From Anaerohalosphaeraceae bacterium (GTDB lineage Bacteria > Planctomycetota > Phycisphaerae > Sedimentisphaerales > Anaerohalosphaeraceae), in assembly GCA_050309605.1 (NCBI GenBank), contig JBNRMN010000022.1, positions 1 through 19,659 on the forward strand: a DNA stretch of 19,659 nt, read 5' to 3'. A model generated the notes under the pieces. The model did no database searches, was not told the origin of the DNA, and was given only the letters and a program-made list of their open reading frames with translations. The stretch's first letter is position 1, and each line of letters opens with the position of its first letter. The translations under genes and the position numbers were made by a program. This document shows, piece by piece, positions 1 to 7,229 of this stretch.

Positions 1-24
1 CGCCGCGCTGGTGTGTCGCGTTGG

Positions 25-211
25 TGCCGCCCCGAAGGGGCGGCATATCCCAGCCCAGGGCAACGCCCTGGGTTAGATCGGCCACACGCCATACGCCTCG
101 ACGCTCTGAAAGAGCAGCCTATATTGCTGCCCTTACAGGGCGACCGGCGACCGGCGAACTCATGACCCAGCCCGTTGTGCTGGGCTAAGGTATCATTGCC
201 CTTTCAGGGCA
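25..211. repeat. REP/BIME-like composite palindromic element (six short hairpins in mirror arrangement)
   Basis: Hairpins TGCCGCCCC-GAA-GGGGCGGCA (25-45), CCCAGGGC-AAC-GCCCTGGG (54-72) and GCTCT-GAA-AGAGC (103-115) are followed by their mirror counterparts GCCCT-TAC-AGGGC (129-141), CCCAGC-n7-GCTGGG (166-184) and TGCCCT-TTC-AGGGCA (197-211). No credible CDS covers the region. Confidence 0.75.
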
Positions 212-253
212 TTTTTGACCCTTCAGGCCGAGTCGAATTGTTCTTGTTTTATA

Positions 254-295
254 CCCCCTCCCCCCTTCGGGGTACTCCCCCTTGACAGGGGGAGA
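254..295. repeat. Double-hairpin REP-like element (C-rich/G-rich type)
   Basis: CCCC-TTC-GGGG (262-272) is followed by the perfect 8-bp stem CTCCCCCT-TGAC-AGGGGGAG (275-294). Confidence 0.55.
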
Positions 296-304
296 GTTTA
301 CATT

Positions 305-395
305 AGCCGAGCGGCGCAAGCGGCCGGATAATGCCGCGTCTTGCAAAACGTCCCATCTATCCGCATCCCTATCGGGCGGCTTGCGCCGCCGCGCT
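305..395. repeat. Inverted REP doublet built on a GCGGC-GCAA-GCCGC hairpin
   Basis: 305-328 AGCCGAGCGGCGCAAGCGGCCGGA matches the reverse complement of 372-395 (AGCGCGGCGGCGCAAGCCGCCCGA) at 19/24 positions. The arms are separated by a 43-bp spacer. Confidence 0.65.
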
Positions 396-464
396 GTTGT
401 GCCGCGCTGGTGCGCGCGCTGTTGTGCCGCGCTGGTGCGCGCGCTGTTGTGTCGCGCTGTTGCC
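390..464. repeat. Tandem repeat, 25-bp unit x3
   Basis: CGCGCTGTTGTGCCGCGCTGGTGCG occurs identically at 390-414 and 415-439. A third copy at 440-464 has 3 mismatches and runs into the hairpin GCCGTCCC-GAA-GGGACGGC (462-480). Confidence 0.9.
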
Positions 465-548
465 GTCCCGAAGGGACGGCCGGTCATTGACTTACCTAAA
501 CGAAAGGGTCAAACTGAAAAAAAACCGGTGAACGGTTACAAAAATCTT

Positions 549-576
549 TTGAAAAGTTCCCTTGAGCCTTTAGAAT
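549..576 (+). promoter_or_regulatory. Putative sigma70-type promoter of the peptidase/symporter/pepP operon
   Basis: TTGAAA (549-554), 16-bp spacer, TAGAAT (571-576), with A-tracts upstream. RBS AGGAG lies at 631-635, ahead of ATG 643. Confidence 0.5.
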
Positions 577-642
577 CCAAAAGACCTCTTTGTCGGCAGA
601 GGCACTGAGCGACCTTTGTTTTTAGAGATAAGGAGATAGACT

Positions 643-2175
643 ATGGCAAGGTATGTGGTTTGTGCGGTCATTTTATGCAGCGGAGCGTCTATACCCTTTT
701 GTTTCGGTGAACCGTTATTGCCTCCTGTTACATCGCCGCCAGCGGCACTGACCCTGGACCCGTTTTACGCCAAGTATCTTGATTGCGGCGGCATCTCCGT
801 GATCGGTTCGGACGCGGTGTCGGATGAGGCCTTTTATCGACTGAAGGAATTGCTGGACAAGATGCTCGAAAATCGCCCTGACGTGCGGCGACAATTGGCC
901 CAGGACGGCAATCGTTTTATCATCATCGGCCGCACTGAGCAGGTCACCGATGTCCCTGATTATGCCCATATGGAGCCGAAGGCCTTTTGGAATGAGCGGG
1001 CGCGGGGTTTTGGAGGACGAACGACCAGCGTCGGCGAGGAGAATTTGCTGTCGCTGCCTGAAGATCGCTACGAGGATGAAAGTATCTTCATTCATGAACT
1101 GGCGCATTCCATTCATTTTGTTTTGCGGCGTCTGGAGCCGGATTTTCAAGCGACGCTGGATCGGCTCTACCAGAACGCAATGGACAAGGGATTATATCAA
1201 TACGATTACGCCTCCACCAATGCCAGTGAGTATTGGGCCGAGGCGGTGCAGGGTTTCTTTGACGCCAATCGCGCCAACAACTGGAATCATAACCACATCA
1301 GTACGCGCGAACAGTTGACAGAGTATGATCCGGACATTGTCGAGCTGGTACGAAAAACATTTCGCATCACGCCGGAGAACGACTGGCGTTATGAGCCGCT
1401 TGCTGTGCAGCCGTCGGTTCATCCCACACCCGACCGTTTCGCGGAGGCTCGGACGCTGCCGAAATACGTCTGGTGTCGCGGTTTTTCCATCTTCGGCACG
1501 GCGGAGGTGTCGGACGAGGCGTTGCTGTGTGTCGATCAGACGATTCGCAATCTATTCCGTTATCGCCACGATATCCTCAAGGCGCTGATTGATGCAGATG
1601 TGGCGGTGGTGGTCTATGCCGACGATGAATTGCCGTCAGACGTGCCGGTTCATAAGACACTGTCCGTTGCGTCTTTTCTTCAGCACGAAGAGCCGCCGGC
1701 CGCGGTCGCACTGCCGACCTCATTGCGGTTGGGCGTTGCGCAATCGGAAATAGTGAATGCCGACGGCTGCAATCCGCTGATCGGGCGGCTTGCTTTGGCG
1801 GCGTATTTATACACCGGGCTGCGTCCGATTGATCCGACATTTGATCAGCGCCGGCAGAAACAGCAGTATGAAATCGGGCTGGAACGGATGGATATCCGTT
1901 TTGATCGTCGGGTGCAGGCATTATACACAGCGGCCGTACAGAAAGGCGTATGGGCCGCGCCGGCGGCGGATAATCGGTTCGATTATTTTGCGCAGGGCGT
2001 GCAGGCGTTCTTTGACGCCCATCCTGTTGTCAATGGGCAAGGCCGCGCGATCCCTGCCCGTCAGCGGCTCAAACAGGTTGACCCGGAGCTGGCGGCACTG
2101 GTCGGCGATCTCTTCAAGCATCCCGAACGGTACGATTGGCGACATACCCCGTGCAGTCAAATCGCCGGCCCGTAA
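643..2175 (+). CDS. Secreted zinc-dependent metallopeptidase (HEXXH...EYWAE, anthrax-lethal-factor/MtfA-like fold), internally duplicated two-domain protein
   Basis: 510-aa ORF with RBS AGGAG and a hydrophobic N-terminal signal peptide. It contains HELAH (1093-1107) and downstream YASTNASEYWAE. The C-terminal half repeats the N-terminal domain. Confidence 0.8.
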   Translation: MARYVVCAVILCSGASIPFCFGEPLLPPVTSPPAALTLDPFYAKYLDCGGISVIGSDAVSDEAFYRLKELLDKMLENRPDVRRQLAQDGNRFIIIGRTEQVTDVPDYAHMEPKAFWNERARGFGGRTTSVGEENLLSLPEDRYEDESIFIHELAHSIHFVLRRLEPDFQATLDRLYQNAMDKGLYQYDYASTNASEYWAEAVQGFFDANRANNWNHNHISTREQLTEYDPDIVELVRKTFRITPENDWRYEPLAVQPSVHPTPDRFAEARTLPKYVWCRGFSIFGTAEVSDEALLCVDQTIRNLFRYRHDILKALIDADVAVVVYADDELPSDVPVHKTLSVASFLQHEEPPAAVALPTSLRLGVAQSEIVNADGCNPLIGRLALAAYLYTGLRPIDPTFDQRRQKQQYEIGLERMDIRFDRRVQALYTAAVQKGVWAAPAADNRFDYFAQGVQAFFDAHPVVNGQGRAIPARQRLKQVDPELAALVGDLFKHPERYDWRHTPCSQIAGP

Positions 2176-2214
2176 ACCGACGAACAACACAACAAGTTCA
2201 AGCGGAGTGTGCAA

Positions 2215-3975
2215 ATGATGTATCTTGTAGCGATCCTGGTCTATTTGCTGCTGCTGGTGGGAATCGGCGTCTGTAAATCGCGTCAGGTCAGGACCGAAGC
2301 GGATTTCGCCGTGGCCGGTCGTACCCTCTCGCCTTGGGTGATGGTCTGTACGATGCTGGCGGTCTGGATCGGCACCGGCTCGATCGTCGGCAATGCCGAA
2401 CAGACATACCATACAGGGATGGCGGCGCTGATCATTCCCGCAGGGACGTTTTTCGGGATGATAGTGCTGTCGTTTATTGCGTCGCGCGCTCGAAACATTG
2501 AGGCGTCTTCCGTGCCGGAGATCATTGGGCGGCGGTACGGCCGCACGGCGCGCTTGCTGGCGGTTGCGGCGCTGGTGACGGCGTATATGGTCATTGTCAG
2601 CTATCAGTTCAACGCCGGCGGGGCGGTGCTGGAAGTGATTGCCGGCGACAAAGAACCCGTGGCGCTGAAGCGTGAGGATACCCTGACACGCCGACAGTTA
2701 ACACGCGGTCGTGTGGTTTATACGCCGCCGAGGGACTGGACGGGGACGGTTCAATTGGCCGCGGCTTCGTTGACCGAGCCGGACAAGCCGGTTGTCTATA
2801 CGATACACGTCGTGCCGGATGAACACATCTTTAATGCGGTTCAGTCCGCCTTGCAGACAGAGAACACCCTGGCCATTCGAAAAAATAACACCGCCCGTGT
2901 TCGCTATGACTTTCAAAACGCTGCTGCGATGTACAAGCTGGCTTCAACAGCGGACATCGGCGAGGTGATGCTGGTTGAGCCGCGGCTGACCGCGGGGCGT
3001 GCGACCATTATCGCGGCGGCTTTTATCCTGGCCTATACAATGCTGGCCGGGCTGCTGAGTCTGGCCTATACCGATATTATTACCGGATCGCTGATTACCG
3101 TTTCGATGCTGGCGGCGTTTCCGGTGCTGCTGTATCAGGCCGGCGGGTTTTCGGGGATGGCCGAGGCGTTTGCCGCGATGCAGGACAAAACTGAACATAT
3201 GCAGTTTTGGGGGGTCTATTCACCGGTGCAGTTGGTGAATTACCTGCTGCCGGTGTTTTTGCTGATTCTCGGCGATGCCAATCAATATCAGCGAATTTTC
3301 GCCAGTCGCAACGCGCGCGGCGCCAAGCAGGCCGTGACGACGATGATTTTTGTTGCGCTGGCGATTGAACTGCTGATTATAGCCAACGCCTGGATTGCGT
3401 CCAGTATGACGCCCGATCCGGAAAACGGCAAATATATCCTCATCTATGCGGCTAAACATTTTATGCCGCCGATATTGGGCGTTGTCTTTCTGGTAACAGT
3501 GGTCGGGATTATCGTCTCAACGGCCAATTCGTTTTTGCTGATTCCGTCGATTGCCTTCATCAAAGACATCTATCAGACGCACATCAATCCCAACGCCACG
3601 GAAAAGCATACGGTTTTTCTGAATCGTGTGATGATTCTCGTGTTCGGCGTGATTGCGTACGGAGTGTCGCTGGCGTTTTCCGAATCGACTGGGTTTTTCG
3701 AAAAAGCCCTTTATGCTTATACCATTTACGGCGCGGCCATTACGCCGAGTCTGGTGGCGGCAATCGTGTGGAAAAAGGCCACGCCGCAGGCCGCAATGGC
3801 CTCGATTGCCGTTGGGATTGCCATCCCGCTGTTGTGGGGCGAGGTGATTCGTCCGCACTTGTCCGGCTGGGCGGGCCAACTGGATGCCGTGCTGCCGGCG
3901 ATTGCGGTGTCCGTGCTGGCTCTGGTGGGTGTCAGTTACCTGACCGATTCTAAAAAATCCGAAACAACGGGGTGA
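2215..3975 (+). CDS. Sodium:solute symporter (SSS/PutP family) with a large soluble loop insertion
   Basis: Many TM segments and SSS motifs DFAVAGRTL, WIGTGSIVG, SVPEIIGRRYG, GLLSLAYTD, YQRIFASR and IVSTANSFLL. GGAG at 2204-2207 favours ATG 2215 over the GTG at 2209. Confidence 0.9.
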   Translation: MMYLVAILVYLLLLVGIGVCKSRQVRTEADFAVAGRTLSPWVMVCTMLAVWIGTGSIVGNAEQTYHTGMAALIIPAGTFFGMIVLSFIASRARNIEASSVPEIIGRRYGRTARLLAVAALVTAYMVIVSYQFNAGGAVLEVIAGDKEPVALKREDTLTRRQLTRGRVVYTPPRDWTGTVQLAAASLTEPDKPVVYTIHVVPDEHIFNAVQSALQTENTLAIRKNNTARVRYDFQNAAAMYKLASTADIGEVMLVEPRLTAGRATIIAAAFILAYTMLAGLLSLAYTDIITGSLITVSMLAAFPVLLYQAGGFSGMAEAFAAMQDKTEHMQFWGVYSPVQLVNYLLPVFLLILGDANQYQRIFASRNARGAKQAVTTMIFVALAIELLIIANAWIASSMTPDPENGKYILIYAAKHFMPPILGVVFLVTVVGIIVSTANSFLLIPSIAFIKDIYQTHINPNATEKHTVFLNRVMILVFGVIAYGVSLAFSESTGFFEKALYAYTIYGAAITPSLVAAIVWKKATPQAAMASIAVGIAIPLLWGEVIRPHLSGWAGQLDAVLPAIAVSVLALVGVSYLTDSKKSETTG

Positions 3976-3985
3976 CAGGACCGCT

Positions 3986-5407
3986 ATGTTTAGTACAGAA
4001 ACATACAGTCAGCGGCGTCAAATGCTGCGCCAGCGGTTGGCGGGGCAATCGGGGCTGCTTATTTTTCCGGGCAATGAATTATGCCCGATGAACTATGCCG
4101 ACAACCCCTTTCCGTTCCGTCAGGACAGCACGTTTTTGTATTACTTCGGGCTGGATGTACCGTCGCTGGCGGCGGTGATGGACTTGGACGCCGGCACTGA
4201 GACGCTCTACGGGGATGACCCGACGGTCGAACAGGTGGTCTGGACAGGTCCTCAGTCGGCGCTTGGCGAACGTGCCGCCCGATGCGGCCTGACGCAGACG
4301 GCGTGTCGAGAAGCCTTTGGCCAAGCCGTTCGAACTGCCTGTCGGCAGGGGCGCCCCATTCATCTCCTGCCGCCGTATCAGGCGCAGCACCTGCTGGCGC
4401 TTTCAGAGCTATTGGAAGTCCCGTGCGCTCAGGTGCACCGTCACGTCAGCGAGCCGTTTGTCCGGGCGGTGATTGCAATGCGTTCGGTCAAGTCCGCAGA
4501 GGAAATTGAGCAGATTCGTCAGGCCGTTGAGATCACGCGGCGGATGCATCAGACAGCAATGGAGCATACCGCCCCGAAAGTGACTGAAAATGAGGTGGTC
4601 GCCGCGATGGAACAGGTGGTGATTGCCCGCCACGGGCGGATGGCGTTTCCGGTGATTTTTACGATTCACGGCCAGTTTCTGCACAATCATTACAGCGCCA
4701 ATCCGCTGGGCGAAGGCGATTTGGTGATCAATGACTCAGGCGCAGAGAATGCGATGCATTATGCCGCTGATATTACACGGACGCTGCCGGCAGCGGGGCG
4801 GTTCACGCCGCGACAAAGAGATATTTACGAACTGGTGCTGTCGGCACTGAATCAGTCCCTTGACGCCGTCGCGCCCGGCGTGTTGTTTCGCGATATTCAT
4901 TTGGCCGCCTGCTGCATCCTGGCCGAAGGTCTCAAGTCGCTGGGGCTGATGAAGGGCAATGTCGAGGACGCCGTCGCGTGCGGCGCCCATGCGCTGTTTT
5001 TTCCGTGCGGCCTGGGGCATATGCTGGGGCTGGACGTGCATGATATGGAGGGATTGAATGAAGATTGGGTCGGTTATACCGACACGATTCAGCGCAGCGA
5101 GCAATTTGGCCTGCGGTCGCTGCGACTGGCCAAAACACTGGAGCCGGGGTTTGTGCTGACCGTCGAGCCGGGGGTGTATTTCATTCCCGCCCTGATTGAA
5201 CACTGGGAAAAAACACACCAATTGATAGATTACGTAAACTATAATAAAGTGCGAGAATATCTTGATTTTGGCGGTATTCGTATTGAGGATAATGTCCTTG
5301 TTACGTCCGACGGGCAGGATGTGCTAAGCTGTGCCATTCCCAAAAGCAGGCAAGAGGTCGAAATGCTTACCGGTAACCGGACAAACAAAGGCAATCGCGT
5401 TGGTTAG
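3986..5407 (+). CDS. pepP: Xaa-Pro aminopeptidase (aminopeptidase P, family M24B)
   Basis: The N-terminal AMP_N motif PFRQDSTFLYYFG and the metal-ligand motifs DSGAE...YAADITRT, GHMLGLDVHD, TVEPG and GIRIEDN are present. There is no signal peptide. The start is 10 bp after the symporter stop. Confidence 0.92.
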   Translation: MFSTETYSQRRQMLRQRLAGQSGLLIFPGNELCPMNYADNPFPFRQDSTFLYYFGLDVPSLAAVMDLDAGTETLYGDDPTVEQVVWTGPQSALGERAARCGLTQTACREAFGQAVRTACRQGRPIHLLPPYQAQHLLALSELLEVPCAQVHRHVSEPFVRAVIAMRSVKSAEEIEQIRQAVEITRRMHQTAMEHTAPKVTENEVVAAMEQVVIARHGRMAFPVIFTIHGQFLHNHYSANPLGEGDLVINDSGAENAMHYAADITRTLPAAGRFTPRQRDIYELVLSALNQSLDAVAPGVLFRDIHLAACCILAEGLKSLGLMKGNVEDAVACGAHALFFPCGLGHMLGLDVHDMEGLNEDWVGYTDTIQRSEQFGLRSLRLAKTLEPGFVLTVEPGVYFIPALIEHWEKTHQLIDYVNYNKVREYLDFGGIRIEDNVLVTSDGQDVLSCAIPKSRQEVEMLTGNRTNKGNRVG

Positions 5408-5490
5408 AATGATTGAAACTTGTTTCTAATAAAGGACTTAAGAAAATTTGCAAAGTTAAGAAAAAAAATTTGATATTTTGATATAGGGTA

Positions 5491-5519
5491 TTGACTTGGT
5501 TTGGAATCCGTGATATAGT
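5491..5519 (+). promoter_or_regulatory. Near-consensus sigma70 promoter with extended -10 for the PEP-CTERM gene
   Basis: TTGACT (5491-5496), 17-bp spacer ending in TGa, TATAGT (5514-5519). The upstream region is AT-rich. RBS AGAGGA lies at 5569-5574. Confidence 0.75.
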
Positions 5520-5581
5520 AGATACACTTGTGGTAACGTGTCCGGAGAAAACAGTTAACTTAATTAAAAGAGGATGGGAAG

Positions 5582-6196
5582 ATGAACACACGGCAAATGT
5601 TGGGAGTAGCTCTTGTACTTGCACTGACGGTTTCTGTTCACGCCAATTATGTCAAGAACTTCAGTTTTGAACAGCCGGGTACGGACAAACTCAGTAATTG
5701 GGAGGAAGTTCCGTTTTGGTCCAGTGATGTCATAGCCGCGGATTCGGGTGTGGAATCCGGCTGGCCGGGTTCGACCCACGGCGATTGGGCCGGTTTCCTG
5801 ATGTCCGGCGATCCGTCGGTCTGGCAGTTGACCGGCGCGGTGATTGAAGCCGGCGAGGTTTATACCCTTCAGGTGGACGCCCGCGATAACTGGTCCGAGA
5901 CGACCCCGGCCAAGCTTGGTCTGTTCCTTTATTATGACAACGCCGGGTCCCGAACACCGGTGGCGATGGCCGTTGTGGACCTTCTGGGCGATGGCCAGGA
6001 GCCGTGGGCGACCTATACCCTGACGTTTTCGGCCGATGATATTCCTGCGTCCATCGGCAATCAAATCGGCGTCGAGTTGATTAATTTTTCAGCGACGAAT
6101 TCCTGGATCGGCATTGACAATGTTCGGCTGGTGCCGGAACCGATGACGCTTGCGTTGCTGGGACTGGGTGGGTTGTTCCTTCGCAAACGTCGCTAA
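5582..6196 (+). CDS. PEP-CTERM sorting-domain surface protein (probable beta-sandwich/carbohydrate-binding-like core)
   Basis: Signal peptide ending in VHA, an N-x-SFE-x-P motif at the mature N-terminus, and the C-terminal GIDNVRL-VPEPMTLALLGLGGLFLRKRR (PEP, TM segment, basic tail). Confidence 0.92.
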   Translation: MNTRQMLGVALVLALTVSVHANYVKNFSFEQPGTDKLSNWEEVPFWSSDVIAADSGVESGWPGSTHGDWAGFLMSGDPSVWQLTGAVIEAGEVYTLQVDARDNWSETTPAKLGLFLYYDNAGSRTPVAMAVVDLLGDGQEPWATYTLTFSADDIPASIGNQIGVELINFSATNSWIGIDNVRLVPEPMTLALLGLGGLFLRKRR

Positions 6197-6221
6197 GATT
6201 TCTTGAAATAAACCGGTTTAT

Positions 6222-6253
6222 AAAGACCTCATTCATATGAGTGGGGTCTTTTT
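6222..6253 (+). terminator. Intrinsic terminator between the convergent PEP-CTERM gene and glycan cluster (possibly bidirectional)
   Basis: Stem AAAGACCTCATTC / GAGTGGGGTCTTT (13 bp including 2 G-U pairs) with an ATAT loop, followed by a T-run. It begins 25 bp after TAA 6196. Confidence 0.8.
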
Positions 6254-6298
6254 GTGTTTTAAGAGGGATTGTTGTTTGTGAAACATATCCGCGGACGG

Positions 6299-7162
6299 TT
6301 ATGCTGTATAGCGTCCTGTCGTGATTTCTTTCAGTACGATGCCGCCAGACGATACGTGAACAAGACCGAATCCGATTGGCGCATGATGGAAATTCCAGCA
6401 ACAGGACCGACACACAGTGACGATGCAATCATGGACATTGAATTGTCGCGTTTCAAGATGCTGATGGCCAAAATACATTGCATGGACGCTGTATTTGCTG
6501 ACCAGTCCGCGAAGATACACAGAATCATTTCGTGAAAGAAACATCCGCTTATCTTGTCCCTGCGGTTCAATGGGAATGTGGCCAAAAATTATTTTCGGCA
6601 AATCGTTTTTTGCAAGCTGTTCTTCAAGCCATTCACATTGACCTCGGGGAATAATCTGGTCGGTGCAAAGATGCCCGATATGGTCTGAGCTGATTGCATT
6701 GCAGATTCCTATGAAATGAATCCCCTTGTGTTCAAACGAATAGTAATCCGACTCAAGACCGTTTATTTGAAATGTGTCCGGAAACAATTCACGCAACTGT
6801 TTTTTTTGAGCGACGGATTCATGGTTTCCGGCAATCGGGTACAGCGGGATGTCCATTTTGTCAAGCTCGTCTTTGATAGCAAAAAAATGAAGATCGCCCA
6901 GGACCAAAATAAAATCAGGCCGTTCGCCCTTCGCAAGATGGTTCATCACCTCGATGCAGCGCAAAAATTTGGTTTTACCGTCGCCGCAATGCTCAAGCCC
7001 CTCGCGGACGGATTCTGAGGCGTGAGGATCGGCAATGATACCAAATGAAAAGGAAGCGTTCGGCTCTCGGGCCGAATGGAAAATCGGCATGGACTTCAGT
7101 GCCGGGGTCAAAGACGCCGCCCCCATACTTGAAACCAGATTGATAAACGACCTGCGATTCAT
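6299..7162 (-). CDS. Tat-exported calcineurin-like metallophosphoesterase
   Basis: Motifs ADPH, LGDL, AGNHE, FGH and FGHQH, plus the Tat motif MNRRSFI. AAAGGA upstream supports ATG 7162 rather than TTG 7195. Confidence 0.88.
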   Translation of the reverse strand: MNRRSFINLVSSMGAASLTPALKSMPIFHSAREPNASFSFGIIADPHASESVREGLEHCGDGKTKFLRCIEVMNHLAKGERPDFILVLGDLHFFAIKDELDKMDIPLYPIAGNHESVAQKKQLRELFPDTFQINGLESDYYSFEHKGIHFIGICNAISSDHIGHLCTDQIIPRGQCEWLEEQLAKNDLPKIIFGHIPIEPQGQDKRMFLSRNDSVYLRGLVSKYSVHAMYFGHQHLETRQFNVHDCIVTVCRSCCWNFHHAPIGFGLVHVSSGGIVLKEITTGRYTA

Positions 7163-7229
7163 ACGCAACATCCTTTCCAGAGCACTCTTATTCAAACAGC
7201 ATCTATGCTTCTGTTATATATTTTCATTT

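Noticed and set aside
1..480. Possible CRISPR array
   Set aside because: There is no constant repeat with regular unique spacers, the elements are inverted or directly tandem, and no cas genes are present.
185..608. Short ORFs 185..487, 282..608 and 331..531
   Set aside because: They are translations of the GC-rich repeats (low-complexity Arg/Ala/Cys sequence) with no RBS or motifs.
481..640. Possible riboswitch (c-di-GMP-I-like GGTCAAAC...GAAA) upstream of the peptidase
   Set aside because: The conserved aptamer core and second stem are not present, and most of the region lies upstream of the predicted promoter.
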